IMG/VR virus record: IMGVR_UViG_3300045988_085326
Span: 64,001-128,000 of that record
Origin: a virus
Direction: 5' to 3' (one strand)
Length of the DNA stretch: 64,000 bases
Shown here one piece after another: positions 31,485 to 42,267 of this stretch (position 1 is its first letter; the number at the start of each line of letters is the position of its first letter). Made by a program: the position numbers and the translations under genes. Under the pieces are notes generated by a model. That model searched no databases, was not told the origin of the DNA, and saw only the letters and a program-made list of their open reading frames with translations.

Positions 31485-32516
31485 CTATAATGATTTAATT
31501 TCAATAGGCAAAGTAACACTTTGGTTGTCTTCACTTGTATATGTTAAATCAAACTTTCCACTTTTTCCTGTAATTATTTCTATTGTAATTACATTTCCTT
31601 CACTTTTTATAAAATTGGCTTTTTTATTATTGCTAATAGACCACTGTCCTTTATTAAAACCTATAATAGTATAATCTATTATATCAAAAGGACTAACAAT
31701 TTTTGGACCTTCAATTCGAGGAATTGTTAACTCATCAGTACTTTCATCCGGTTCTATAGGCTCTTCATGCTCTTCTTCAAATTCATTATTATACCATTCA
31801 CCTAAGCAAACTTCAATAATACCATCTGCGGCATATGGGTCTACTGTTTTTACTTCCCACATATTTTTACCAATTTTAACTTGTTTAAATCTATGAAAAT
31901 AATCCAATGTATCTTCATTTTTAGTAATATACATAATTAAAGAATAATTAACATCATTCCAAGATATATTACTTTTTTGATTCCATTGAATTATTGTTTC
32001 TACAGGTCCGCGTATATAAACATAATATTTTTTTCCATTTATTTCTATAGGCTCTTCTTCACATTTATATACTTCCCCTCTAAAATATGAGTCTTCTTCA
32101 AGAAATTGTAAATATACTAACCAGCGAGTATTTGTTTCTTTCCATAAAAAAACTTCACCAGCTTTTATACCAGTTGGTATCATTCCTTTAGAAGTTAGAC
32201 CATCAGGTTCTTTAAAACTAACTTCCGCGGTTTCTTCATTATACTCACCTAAACAAATATCTTCATATGGTATAGATAATATTTTACAATCATAATCTGC
32301 CTTTTGTTTATCTGTATTCAAAAGACAACGAAACATTTTACCATGTATTACTGCGGTTTCCGCTTGATAGGAATATAAGAGAGACTTCCGCAAGCTCTCT
32401 AATTTATCTTTTTGGAATCGACCTTCCGCAGTAATTCCTCCATGATATTCAAGTCTAGTTCTTAAATTATCTAATCCTGACACTGTTTCATTAACGTATT
32501 CATCATACTTAAACAT
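31485..32516 (-). CDS. hypothetical protein, 343 aa
   Basis: ORF in head-tail connector region. Confidence 0.45.
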   Translation of the reverse strand: MFKYDEYVNETVSGLDNLRTRLEYHGGITAEGRFQKDKLESLRKSLLYSYQAETAVIHGKMFRCLLNTDKQKADYDCKILSIPYEDICLGEYNEETAEVSFKEPDGLTSKGMIPTGIKAGEVFLWKETNTRWLVYLQFLEEDSYFRGEVYKCEEEPIEINGKKYYVYIRGPVETIIQWNQKSNISWNDVNYSLIMYITKNEDTLDYFHRFKQVKIGKNMWEVKTVDPYAADGIIEVCLGEWYNNEFEEEHEEPIEPDESTDELTIPRIEGPKIVSPFDIIDYTIIGFNKGQWSISNNKKANFIKSEGNVITIEIITGKSGKFDLTYTSEDNQSVTLPIEIKSL

Positions 32517-32788
32517 TCAAAGATAGTACGTCTAAAAAGACCAAAATCTTCAATATCAGTAAGGATGAATAGTCCCTCCAATTTACTTAATAAAGGAAAT
32601 AAAATTTCATGTTGGTCGATTAACAATCTATTCATTCCTGCTAATTCTTCAATGATGGTTTCTAGTGGTTTTTCCCAATCTATATTTTCTTCTCTACTTG
32701 GAAGTAATTTATAAATAAGATTGGTAATTTTCTTTAATTCTTTTATAATTACTTCATTATTTATTTCAACATCATACTTTATAACCAT
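32471..32788 (-). CDS. hypothetical protein, 105 aa
   Basis: ORF overlapping neighbours. Confidence 0.4.
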   Translation of the reverse strand: MVIKYDVEINNEVIIKELKKITNLIYKLLPSREENIDWEKPLETIIEELAGMNRLLIDQHEILFPLLSKLEGLFILTDIEDFGLFRRTIFECLSMMNTLMKQCQD

Positions 32789-33347
32789 TGTAATGAACTT
32801 TCCTTCCTTGTGGATAAGATTCCATAATGGTTTCTATAGTAGACTTTGTTTCACCATTATCATTTACAATTCTTCTTTTATATAATCTTTGTAAATGGAA
32901 ACCTTTTCTTTCATAATCTTTTTGTACTGTCAAAATCTTTGTCATATGATTGGCTTGAGAAGTAAATTTAAAATCTGAACCACTATATTTCATTCTTGTA
33001 TTTTCTACACTTGCTAATTGTTGACCCATCCATTCGACAATCATATATGTAGATAATACATTTATTTCTTCAGTGGTTAAAGGCACATTGAAGTATCCAC
33101 CACTGTAGATTATTGCTTTTACAGGTTTATTTTCGCTTTCTACTCCAGAATAAGTTTCTTCATCAACAATTTCATTTTCATCATAGTCATTAATATTAAC
33201 ACGCGGAAATTCAAACCAATGTATAGAAGAAACTAATAATTCTTGTAACATTCTAAATGTTTCAAGTTCAGTTAATTCCATATACATATCATCAGTAATT
33301 TTAGATAGAAAGCTATCATAAACTTTTGAAAAAGGTGTTTTGTTCAT
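32772..33347 (-). CDS. hypothetical protein, 191 aa
   Basis: ORF. Confidence 0.45.
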   Translation of the reverse strand: MNKTPFSKVYDSFLSKITDDMYMELTELETFRMLQELLVSSIHWFEFPRVNINDYDENEIVDEETYSGVESENKPVKAIIYSGGYFNVPLTTEEINVLSTYMIVEWMGQQLASVENTRMKYSGSDFKFTSQANHMTKILTVQKDYERKGFHLQRLYKRRIVNDNGETKSTIETIMESYPQGRKVHYNGYKV

Positions 33348-33364
33348 GATACACCTCCTATATA

Positions 33365-33973
33365 TTATTCAGTCTTAGTTACAACTTTATATTTAGGAGT
33401 AGAAGCTTTACGTTGCGGAGTATCAATTTGAGCATTTTGAGCTGGATTAGAAGTTTCTTGACCAGGCACTGCCGCCTTACGAACCTTCTTAGCTTCAACT
33501 TCTTTCTTTTCTGCATCTTCTGCATATTTATTATTCTTAATAGCATTATCAGGATTAAATCCAGTTTTTTCAAAAATTAACTCTCTTTTATTCATATCAT
33601 TAAGTTTAATTTTAACTGCAATAGATTTTACCATTTCAATAACTCCAACTGGAGCAAATGTCAAACAATCGTCTAATTGGTCAAGAGTTCCTTTAATTAA
33701 AAGATTTTGAATATCTTGTTCTGTATAATAATATTCTGGCTCAACTCCACCAATAAGCTCTTCTACTGCCTCTTCATTAAACATTATAAGATAATTCTTT
33801 AATAAATAATCTCCGCCAGGTTGATAAGAAAGTTTTCTTAATTCATCCATCGTAACTTTTTTACTCTCTCCTGGAGCAAATTTTCTTTTTAATCCATTCA
33901 TTTCTGGAATACTATAACCAGTACTTCCATTATTTCTATTTGTAACAGTAATAATTGTTTTATCTTCCAACAT
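33365..33973 (-). CDS. hypothetical protein, 202 aa
   Basis: ORF directly downstream of the capsid gene. Terminator-like hairpin at ~34000..34040. Confidence 0.45.
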   Translation of the reverse strand: MLEDKTIITVTNRNNGSTGYSIPEMNGLKRKFAPGESKKVTMDELRKLSYQPGGDYLLKNYLIMFNEEAVEELIGGVEPEYYYTEQDIQNLLIKGTLDQLDDCLTFAPVGVIEMVKSIAVKIKLNDMNKRELIFEKTGFNPDNAIKNNKYAEDAEKKEVEAKKVRKAAVPGQETSNPAQNAQIDTPQRKASTPKYKVVTKTE

Positions 33974-34059
33974 AATTTATCTCCTTTTATCTCTATATAA
34001 AAAAAACTGGGGATAAGTGATTATCCCCAGTGTTAATAATCCCTTATTATAGATTATTA

Positions 34060-35061
34060 TTATTTTGTCAAACTAGTATTCTGATATACACAAATATCAT
34101 TAGTAATCATAGCACCTACGCCGACTTTCTGATAGATGTGTGTTGTTGTTGACCAATCTTCATTCTGAGTTTCTCTCATATGAGCAGTTCCCTCAAATGC
34201 AACTTTTACAGGTTTTTCAGCTCCGCCAGGAATAATCCATGCGTAAGATGGGTCAATAACTTTCTCACTGTTGGTTTCATCTGTATAAGACTGCTGTAAA
34301 ACTACTACTCTGTGTCCTTTATAGTTACCAAGATACCCATTATTCCACATAGTATTCTTCATCTCATTAGATACCCAACCTTCAGCTGGTAACATAGTAG
34401 CTGCAAAATCAAAAGTACAATAAATTGTTGCCTGACCATAAGAATCAGCTACTGCTAACAATTTATCCATTTCAGCTTCGTCAAACTTGTTATCGGTATG
34501 TTTATTAGCAGCCTGTAGATTAGCTACAGATGCAATCAAAGCTTTTTCAATTTCAAGATAAATCTTTTCATCTAAAGTATTTAATACAATATCAAGTACA
34601 TCTGACATCTGAACTCTTCCATCCAAATACTCTTCAAATGGAATCTGAGCAGCTCCACCGAATGCACTTGTAGCTACTTCATAGCTCTTACCATCTAGTT
34701 TGAATACTTCATAAGTACCAGCCAAACCAACTTTAGTAATAAACTGTTTAGCACGTCTACGAGATGCTTCAGTAATTCTCTGTACAAATACAGGTTTATC
34801 TCCTTGTGCGAAAGTCTTAATTTCAGCAAACTGTCCATACTGTTCAAGAACTTTCTTAGGTAATACATCATTAATAACTTCTTCCATTAAAGAATAAGCT
34901 TGTTTAGGATTTTCTTGATGTAATTTATTTAATTCTTGAGAAAATGTCTCATTTAAAGTTGTATATGAGAACTTATCTTCGCCCCAAGTATAAGCTGTAG
35001 GAGCAGAAGGGTTCGCATTAACGACAACTCTACCTAATGCTAATAACTCATTATAAGTCAT
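34060..35061 (-). CDS. putative major capsid protein, 333 aa
   Basis: Position (portal - scaffold - small protein - this gene), size and strong RBS. No motif-level confirmation possible by eye. Confidence 0.5.
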   Translation of the reverse strand: MTYNELLALGRVVVNANPSAPTAYTWGEDKFSYTTLNETFSQELNKLHQENPKQAYSLMEEVINDVLPKKVLEQYGQFAEIKTFAQGDKPVFVQRITEASRRRAKQFITKVGLAGTYEVFKLDGKSYEVATSAFGGAAQIPFEEYLDGRVQMSDVLDIVLNTLDEKIYLEIEKALIASVANLQAANKHTDNKFDEAEMDKLLAVADSYGQATIYCTFDFAATMLPAEGWVSNEMKNTMWNNGYLGNYKGHRVVVLQQSYTDETNSEKVIDPSYAWIIPGGAEKPVKVAFEGTAHMRETQNEDWSTTTHIYQKVGVGAMITNDICVYQNTSLTK

Positions 35062-35075
35062 ATCTGTTCTCCTCC

Positions 35076-35606
35076 TTATTTAGTTCTCATTAACTTAACA
35101 CCAGGCTGTCCATCTGGCATTGTGTAAACTTTAACTACAGTTAATACATAATCTGCGCTGTCTGCCCCATCTGTATTTAAAAATCCATTAGAATCTGGAG
35201 TTAATTTATCTCCTTCTTTTAGGGCGATTCCGGCATATTCTTGTCTATAAGAACCTGCACCACCAACGCAGTTAGTTGTATATAAATCTCCAATATTTAA
35301 CTTCACCAATCTAGGAGTCATTTCCTTATCTGTGAAGTTTTCTGCTCTCATAGCATAGTCTTTATAAGTTTCATTATAGGTATCGCCATATAACTTCACT
35401 TCGTTAAATACCATATACCATTCTCCAACACCTGTGAAATTAACTTCACCATTTGGAATATCGTATTTGGCAAACTGACCATTCTCTAATTGAGTAATAG
35501 CCTTAGCAGCTGGTAACTGAGCATGAATCTGACCAGTTCTCTGCATAGACAAATGATTTGGTTCTACTTGACCAAAACCAATTCTCTTAATAGTCTCTTG
35601 AGCCAT
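35076..35606 (-). CDS. hypothetical head protein, 176 aa
   Basis: ORF between scaffold-like and capsid genes. Confidence 0.45.
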   Translation of the reverse strand: MAQETIKRIGFGQVEPNHLSMQRTGQIHAQLPAAKAITQLENGQFAKYDIPNGEVNFTGVGEWYMVFNEVKLYGDTYNETYKDYAMRAENFTDKEMTPRLVKLNIGDLYTTNCVGGAGSYRQEYAGIALKEGDKLTPDSNGFLNTDGADSADYVLTVVKVYTMPDGQPGVKLMRTK

Positions 35607-35624
35607 CTATATGTTCCTCCTATT

Positions 35625-37019
35625 TTATTTTTGTTTATTTTGAGTGTTTCTGCAAGCTTGAACCCAAGCTGGCACATCATTCTCTACTGCTGAATTTAAA
35701 GAATATGTAGTAACAGAGCCTGAAACTTGTTCATTTTTCTGTTCAACATTCTCATTAGTGTTTTCAAAAGAAACTTTCTTTCTAAAACAAATAACAGAAA
35801 GTTTAGCTTCAATTTCTTCTAAAGAATATTTAGCTTTATTCTCAATAACATCTTTCTTATCTTCATCAGAAAGCATATAGAAAGTTTTAATTAAAGCATC
35901 TTTCTTTTCGTTATCAATACTATTCTTGAATTGAACAAGAGCCTGATAATCTTTTTCCATAGCAGAATATTTCTGCTCCAAAGCTGTGAACTTTTCTTCT
36001 AACAAGGAATATTTCTTATCTTTATCCTTATCATTTTCACCGCATTTATGCTCATCCTTCTTATCTTCAGAATTAGAAGTATCAGTATCTTTTTTATCTT
36101 TCTCTTCGTCCTTTTCTTCTTCTTTCTTAAACTCAGAAGTTTCCGCACCTGTATTAGCAGCTACATCCTCAGTAGATGAACCTTCTGTAAATTTTTGATT
36201 TTCATTGCTAATATTTTGTTCATCTTTGCCCTGAGTAGCAGAAAATTGTTCAGCAGGTGTTGCTACTTGAGTTTCTGGCTCAGCAGCTGTATTTTTTACA
36301 TCAGCCATTGTCTGTCCTCCTTGTAACGCAAATTTTAAATCTTGCATCATAGTAAACAAAGTGATTTTAAAATCATCATCAATCTTACTAAATGTTTTAC
36401 TTACTTCTGGTTTAGTAACGCTAGAACCTTCAAAACATGGTTCAACGTCCTCACCTAAAATACATAATTTTGAGAATATCGCGTCATTGATTATGAAAAA
36501 TTCAAGACCTGTTTTTAAGTCTTGTGACCATTTTCCGTCCAAAGTTTCATCATCCAACTCCATAGAATGCGGACGACCATTACCTTCGACAGCTAATTTT
36601 GCTTCTTCATATTGACCAGTCCATAAAAAACCAGTCGTCATTAAATATTCTCTAATAACTTTGTTACCAAAGTCATCTGTATCTTCAAATTTCTGAAACC
36701 ATACTTCCGCGTCAGGAGCAACAAAACCATAAGGTCTTGTCATACATCCAAATTGTATTCCATCTCCATCCCAGATAACACGGTCGCCATGGTCAGCAAA
36801 GTCACCTTTATCTTCTTTGTACCAACCTACAATCGGTGCTCCCCGTAATGTTTTAGACATTTCAGTAGCGACTTCTTTAGTTATAAAACTTCTATTTCTA
36901 TTCTGTCCTACATATAATACTTTAATTTCGCACTTAGACATTAAAGGATTTATGTCCAAAGGTTGCAGATTGATAAATTCTGGATTATCTATTGTGGCAA
37001 TACTCATTCTTGACATCAA
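35625..37019 (-). CDS. putative head morphogenesis/scaffolding protein, 464 aa
   Basis: Follows portal. C-terminal third is highly charged (KKDEHK, EEKDEEKDKKD) and coiled-coil-like, typical of scaffolding proteins. Confidence 0.4.
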   Translation of the reverse strand: MMSRMSIATIDNPEFINLQPLDINPLMSKCEIKVLYVGQNRNRSFITKEVATEMSKTLRGAPIVGWYKEDKGDFADHGDRVIWDGDGIQFGCMTRPYGFVAPDAEVWFQKFEDTDDFGNKVIREYLMTTGFLWTGQYEEAKLAVEGNGRPHSMELDDETLDGKWSQDLKTGLEFFIINDAIFSKLCILGEDVEPCFEGSSVTKPEVSKTFSKIDDDFKITLFTMMQDLKFALQGGQTMADVKNTAAEPETQVATPAEQFSATQGKDEQNISNENQKFTEGSSTEDVAANTGAETSEFKKEEEKDEEKDKKDTDTSNSEDKKDEHKCGENDKDKDKKYSLLEEKFTALEQKYSAMEKDYQALVQFKNSIDNEKKDALIKTFYMLSDEDKKDVIENKAKYSLEEIEAKLSVICFRKKVSFENTNENVEQKNEQVSGSVTTYSLNSAVENDVPAWVQACRNTQNKQK

Positions 37020-37030
37020 TCACATCCTCC

Positions 37031-38638
37031 TTAATTCATCGACTCTCTATTTTGAATAGTCTTTTCACTCTTTTCGTCATTAGGTTTTTCATTTCTTCCT
37101 ACATTTCCATCTCCATCTGAACTAGATTTACCGCTTCTATTAGCGATAGCTTCCGCGTTCATAGTATTGCTACTCATAGGTGGAATAAATACATGAACTA
37201 AATCAAGTATATCATTTTCAAAGTACGCATTTGCAAGAATAGAACTTTGACTTTGACCTAATGCAATTTGAGGTAACATTTTAGAGTATCCTAATTGAGT
37301 TTGTTCTTTATATAGTTTTGCCATCTCTTGATAATTATATATTGTAGTAGTTAAAATTTGAACTCTATAAAAAATCTTTTTAGGTGTTTTATTAAAAGGT
37401 GATAATAAATCATTCATAAATGATTCAAATTGTAATAATAAATTATACATATTTGCGGCATCATTTAAAATAGATTTTTCAAGTGCAATATTACCATTTG
37501 TATTAAATTGCATTTGAGATACACCTGCTTCATTATATACAGTTCTTTCTACCTTCATTAACTCATCTGTTGTCGTTGTTGTATTTTTATCAGCCATATC
37601 AGCAATATCAACTTCTGCAAAAGTAGTTAATACATCGATACCCAAAGCATTTTGTAGCATTTTAACTGCATTATTATGCAATGCTTGTGCCTCATCTACA
37701 TCAAAAATTAAATCTCCATTTTTATCCAAAGGCATCTTCTGAATAATAATTTTCAAAAGCTGCTGCTGCATTTTCTTTCTATCTAATGCTTGTGCTTCAT
37801 CCAAATCAATAATAGCTGGAATCATAGAGATAAATGCTGGATAATCATTATCATTAAGATTAAATTTTATACAATTATTAATATCAAGTAAGTACCAACC
37901 AGAGGTATCTCCCGTAAAGTCAGGCTTTAATTTACCTTCTTTATAAAGAACATATCCCTTTTTAAATTCTTGTGGAAATAAATTTAACATTTTCATTTTT
38001 TGAGCTGCATCTCTAAACATATCATCAAAAAATCTCATATTAAATTCAACCGCAGGCTTTCCATTTACAGAAAAACGTGAACGGCAATATTTAGGCGGAA
38101 GTTCTTGAACTACCATTTTATCTGTTTGTGGAATTAAATATCCATAATAACAGCCATTTCTAATAACTTTTAAAGCTACTTCTCCAAAAAAACGTTTAGC
38201 TTCAAAATTATCAAGATACATTAAAGCTTTATTAAATCCGTCTAATATTTTTTCCTGTTTAAGACTTTCAGAGTTTATATATGGAGTAATATACCAATCA
38301 TATCTATAAAGATAAGCCATATATCTACATAAACGTGCATAGATACCACTAGTTTTATAGAAAAAATTAGATATATCTCTCATAGTCTCATAATCACTAT
38401 TCATAATAGCTCTAAGAACTTCAGTTTTATCTCCTAATTTAGGATTAAGTTTCTTATAATTATTAAGCTCTAAAATAGCATTTTCTAAAGACTTTGCTCC
38501 AACTCTTATTTTTGAAAAATCGACCATATCATGAGGAGTTGAATATATGTCATCTTCTATAATAGAGGGAATATTCGCATTCATGCTAAAACCCTTTTTC
38601 TTAATCTCTTCTCTTCTATTTATCAAGATAATACCCAA
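37031..38638 (-). CDS. putative portal protein, 535 aa
   Basis: Size and position downstream of TerL. Own sigma-A-like promoter at 38652..38680. Confidence 0.5.
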   Translation of the reverse strand: MGIILINRREEIKKKGFSMNANIPSIIEDDIYSTPHDMVDFSKIRVGAKSLENAILELNNYKKLNPKLGDKTEVLRAIMNSDYETMRDISNFFYKTSGIYARLCRYMAYLYRYDWYITPYINSESLKQEKILDGFNKALMYLDNFEAKRFFGEVALKVIRNGCYYGYLIPQTDKMVVQELPPKYCRSRFSVNGKPAVEFNMRFFDDMFRDAAQKMKMLNLFPQEFKKGYVLYKEGKLKPDFTGDTSGWYLLDINNCIKFNLNDNDYPAFISMIPAIIDLDEAQALDRKKMQQQLLKIIIQKMPLDKNGDLIFDVDEAQALHNNAVKMLQNALGIDVLTTFAEVDIADMADKNTTTTTDELMKVERTVYNEAGVSQMQFNTNGNIALEKSILNDAANMYNLLLQFESFMNDLLSPFNKTPKKIFYRVQILTTTIYNYQEMAKLYKEQTQLGYSKMLPQIALGQSQSSILANAYFENDILDLVHVFIPPMSSNTMNAEAIANRSGKSSSDGDGNVGRNEKPNDEKSEKTIQNRESMN

Positions 38639-38651
38639 CCTTTCTAATGAT

Positions 38652-38680
38652 ATTATAACAAAAATTTAGAACTTTGTCAA
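38652..38680 (-). promoter_or_regulatory. internal sigma-A-type promoter upstream of the portal gene
   Basis: Minus strand TTGACA-17-TATAAT. Confidence 0.5.
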
Positions 38681-38701
38681 CTTTATTTAAAATTAAATTT
38701 T

Positions 38702-39058
38702 TTAATAGCCCGCCGCGCGCATAATATAATCATAATCAATTTTACCTTCATCCCAATATGGAATGGCTATTAAAGTAATATCATGTTTCTGACAATACTC
38801 TCGTTTTTTCATATCATTATATTGCTGTTTACGTAATCCAGAATATCCACCAAATTTACTTTTAGCTTCATAATGCTGAATACCTTGAAATTCTATTAAA
38901 AAATCTAACTCTCCATTATCATCAAAGACAGCAAAGTCGAACCTCAGAGCTCTTCCATTTGTACTTACAAGTCCAGGAAAACTATATTCTTCTTTAAAAT
39001 TTAAACCAGCTTCAGTTAAAATTTCTTCAATTTTAATTTCTCCTCTTGATGCTCTCAT
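38702..39058 (-). CDS. DUF559/Vsr-like (PD-(D/E)xK-fold) endonuclease-domain protein, 118 aa
   Basis: RFDFAVFDDNGELDFLIEFQGIQHY matches the DUF559 core (I.DF......L.IE.DG.QH) with N- and C-terminal flanks also consistent. Free-standing between terminase and portal. Confidence 0.55.
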   Translation of the reverse strand: MRASRGEIKIEEILTEAGLNFKEEYSFPGLVSTNGRALRFDFAVFDDNGELDFLIEFQGIQHYEAKSKFGGYSGLRKQQYNDMKKREYCQKHDITLIAIPYWDEGKIDYDYIMRAAGY

Positions 39059-39278
39059 TCTGTCCTCCTTAATTACACTAATATTTTAAAAAAATACCAA
39101 GTATTTTAATAACTTCTGACCACTTCTTTTAAATCAATTACTACTTGTGTATTATCAGTAAATCTAAAAATTAATTCTCCTTTAGCATTAATTAAAGCAT
39201 CATTAATAAGTGGAATTTGTTTTAATGACGCTTTAATTTTATCTAATGCTAAATCTTCATCAATCGAATGAACCATTC

Positions 39279-41015
39279 TTACCTCGATGAGAAGAACATC
39301 ATATCACTAATATTATGATGTTTTCTCTTTTTTAATTTTTCTTCTTCTTGTTTAATATAATATAAACCATATTCAAATGCTGAAAATTTATCTTTACGGA
39401 TACCTTTTGTTGATTGTTTTAAAATAATATTAACACCTTCATTTTCTTCTACTAAGTTAAGCATTTGTTCTCTTAAAATAGTAGTTAAAGTAAAAGGTTT
39501 TAAATAATCCGCACGTTTATTAGCATCCATAGCTTGCCCTGTTTTAGTTCCCATAAGTTTAGCTTTAGCCTGATTTTCATCAATTAAAAATTTAATCTTT
39601 CCACTAAATAATTGAGTTTGAACATAAGTATGAGCTTCTGTATTAATTGGAGCATTTGCTTTAATCAAAAATAACGCATCTCTTTCCATATCATCAGTTC
39701 TAAACTTCTTATAAAAACCTTCATCATCATTCATTGGACCAAAAGGCGGATAATATGAGCCATCAATATCTTCTTGAGATTTAACCATATAATCAATTAA
39801 ACCGATACCAAGACCATTAGCGTCAATAGCAATAGCTCTAGCTTTATATTTATAATATAGCTTTTTAATATTAATAGATTGCTGTTCAAAATGTTCTTCA
39901 TCAAATGTATATATATTAACAAGAGACTTCAATGCACTTCCTTGCGGCTGCGGTGTTACTTTAAATACACAAACTTCAGTAGTGCATCCTTTACGACCAA
40001 CGTCTATTCCTAAAATATAATAAGCTGATTTAGAACTTCTTCCACTCCATTCATATTCTGGCTGTAATAAAACTCTATATTTATCAATACGTTCAGATGA
40101 GAAAAAAGCATTTTCCGCATCTCCGCTCCATTCAGATTCATATTCACGCGCGAAAGATGCATCATTATAAGTTCCATCTAATTTCAACTCTTCAATAAAG
40201 CTACGCTGTAATAATTTTTCCATTACAGGCACTCGCCATGTTCCACCAAGAACTACAGCTTCTTCAGGTTCAATAATTTGTTGAATTAATGTCTGAATTA
40301 ACTTTTCATAAGCAAATGTATTCTTCCAACCCGCAGTAGTTACAAAAATCTGACTCTTATTAACTAACTCTTCTTCATGACGACTACCATCCGGAAGACG
40401 TCTATTAACGTTCATAGTAGGAATAATAACTTCATTCAACATTGTCTGGTCTACAAGAATACATTCCTCTACAAGTCCGCCAGTTGCACGTTTACCACGA
40501 GAAGACTGTCTTGCTGCCATAATATCAAGTTTACTTTTATTCTTAAATAGATATTCTACATTATCTTTAGAAGATTTAGATGCTCCTCTACTCCAATCTA
40601 TTTCATTTTTAATACCTGGTATTAATTTACAAAGTTCTTCTACTTTTTCTCTTGCAATACCGGCCGCCTGCTCCTTACCGCCTGTTGTAACAAATAAGTG
40701 GCTACCAGGATATAAGATACAACGTATCATCAAAATCAGCACTGATAAAAATGATTTTGAATATGCACGAGGGAAGGTTGCATACGCATATCTATGGCGC
40801 ATAACTGCTCTTAAAAATACTCTTTGATAAAAATATAATTGGAAATTTTCAGGATTATTTCCGCATAAAAAATCTACAAATATATCAGGGTATTCACGCC
40901 AAAAAGCAACGTATTCACGCAACACTGGAATTTGTGCTTGAATACGTTCTTCAGATAATCCAACTTTTTTTACATTTTTAGCTTCAGAGAGTGCCATTAA
41001 ATCTTGTAATGCCAT
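39279..41015 (-). CDS. terL: terminase large subunit, 578 aa
   Basis: N-terminal ATPase region (FPRAYSKSF P-loop-like). C-terminal RNaseH-like nuclease motifs ILGIDVGRKG and AIDANGLG. Position before portal. Confidence 0.8.
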   Translation of the reverse strand: MALQDLMALSEAKNVKKVGLSEERIQAQIPVLREYVAFWREYPDIFVDFLCGNNPENFQLYFYQRVFLRAVMRHRYAYATFPRAYSKSFLSVLILMIRCILYPGSHLFVTTGGKEQAAGIAREKVEELCKLIPGIKNEIDWSRGASKSSKDNVEYLFKNKSKLDIMAARQSSRGKRATGGLVEECILVDQTMLNEVIIPTMNVNRRLPDGSRHEEELVNKSQIFVTTAGWKNTFAYEKLIQTLIQQIIEPEEAVVLGGTWRVPVMEKLLQRSFIEELKLDGTYNDASFAREYESEWSGDAENAFFSSERIDKYRVLLQPEYEWSGRSSKSAYYILGIDVGRKGCTTEVCVFKVTPQPQGSALKSLVNIYTFDEEHFEQQSINIKKLYYKYKARAIAIDANGLGIGLIDYMVKSQEDIDGSYYPPFGPMNDDEGFYKKFRTDDMERDALFLIKANAPINTEAHTYVQTQLFSGKIKFLIDENQAKAKLMGTKTGQAMDANKRADYLKPFTLTTILREQMLNLVEENEGVNIILKQSTKGIRKDKFSAFEYGLYYIKQEEEKLKKRKHHNISDMMFFSSR

Positions 41016-42208
41016 TATTCACCTTCCTCATCACCATACATAATCTTTATATCTCTTTGCTTTTGTTCTTGTATTTCTTCAAAATATTCTTCATAATCTT
41101 TATCTTTTAATCCATCTATTTCATCTTCATCAAAATCAAAATCATCTTCCTGTTCACGCATTTCTTTTTGAATTTGTAATTTTTTAATAGAATCTTCAAT
41201 TTGTTGACCAAATCCTAAATCTTGAGTTACTAATTTACGAACATAATTATTCATATCTTTTAAAGTAACATCTACTTTATCTTGAGGAATATCTGTAGCA
41301 TAACGCGGAATGAAGCCTTCACGCTCACATATCGCAACTAATTCACCTACAGAATCAACATAATCATTCTTAGCCTCTTTATTTTGAGCAGCAGTAAATT
41401 TAGCTGATTTACGCAAAGTATCATAAACTCTTGAAAGAGTATTATATCCAGATACATCTCCGCAGTCAATAGCCTGATTCATCTTTAAGTAAGTCTTGCA
41501 AATAAGAATAAGTGTACCAGTTGTATCAGAATCTTGAATATCGAATGAGTTCATCATTTCAGTATATTTACGTTCTAATTCAACCCATTCATTTGGCTTA
41601 TATAATCGTCCCCATTTCATAGCAAGATACATTTTATCTTCTGTAGTAAGTTCTGACGCAGGGTCAATTAATTCGTCCTCACTCATAAAATTATTTTCAT
41701 TATAAGGATTATTATCCATATTAGGAGCAGGACCGTACATAGGCTCTTCCGCATGTTGAGTTTCTGTGCTCATTAAAGTTTTATATTGGGCTTCACTAAT
41801 TTTACCTTCATCATATTGTTGTTTAATTTCCGCCTCATAAGCAGCTTGTTCTTCTCTTACTTTTTCTGCTCTTGCTGCATTTTGTTTTCTTAAACGTTCA
41901 CCATCCGCCCATCCGTAAGCTTTCCACTGTTTAAGTTTCATTTTAGATAAATATTTACCAAATACAGACATTCCATTCATTTTATGAGGGTCTTTTGCAT
42001 AAGCCCTATCTCTTAATACATTCCACTCTTCTGGGATATATGGAACATCCATCTTTTCAAGTAACCATAAAAAAGTATCTGGTTCAAAATTATCTATATG
42101 CATAGTTAAACATTTTTTACACATTTCGGTCTTTTGACCATCTTTATAAGTGTAGAATTGTCCTTCATCCATAGACTTACCACACTTAGTACAAGTACAA
42201 TTCGCCAT
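41015..42208 (-). CDS. hypothetical protein with N-terminal Cys-rich zinc-ribbon-like region, 397 aa (possible packaging accessory)
   Basis: CTCTKCGK...CKKC. Stop overlaps terL start (ATGA). Confidence 0.45.
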   Translation of the reverse strand: MANCTCTKCGKSMDEGQFYTYKDGQKTEMCKKCLTMHIDNFEPDTFLWLLEKMDVPYIPEEWNVLRDRAYAKDPHKMNGMSVFGKYLSKMKLKQWKAYGWADGERLRKQNAARAEKVREEQAAYEAEIKQQYDEGKISEAQYKTLMSTETQHAEEPMYGPAPNMDNNPYNENNFMSEDELIDPASELTTEDKMYLAMKWGRLYKPNEWVELERKYTEMMNSFDIQDSDTTGTLILICKTYLKMNQAIDCGDVSGYNTLSRVYDTLRKSAKFTAAQNKEAKNDYVDSVGELVAICEREGFIPRYATDIPQDKVDVTLKDMNNYVRKLVTQDLGFGQQIEDSIKKLQIQKEMREQEDDFDFDEDEIDGLKDKDYEEYFEEIQEQKQRDIKIMYGDEEGE

Positions 42209-42267
42209 AATAGCTTCCTCCTTTTTAAATTCTCATTTTACCTAGGTATTAGTTAATCTAAAAAGTC

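Noticed and set aside
4518-37059. Short plus-strand ORFs embedded in the minus-strand structural genes (4518..4742, 5508..5777, 8863..9093, 11376..11570, 13173..13367, 18472..18657, 18865..19143, 20135..20446, 24625..24927, 28574..28759, 30571..30807, 35986..36198, 36361..36615, 36817..37059) and 33379..33573 (-)
   Set aside because: Fully nested antisense or out of frame within long well-supported genes, with no independent expression signals.
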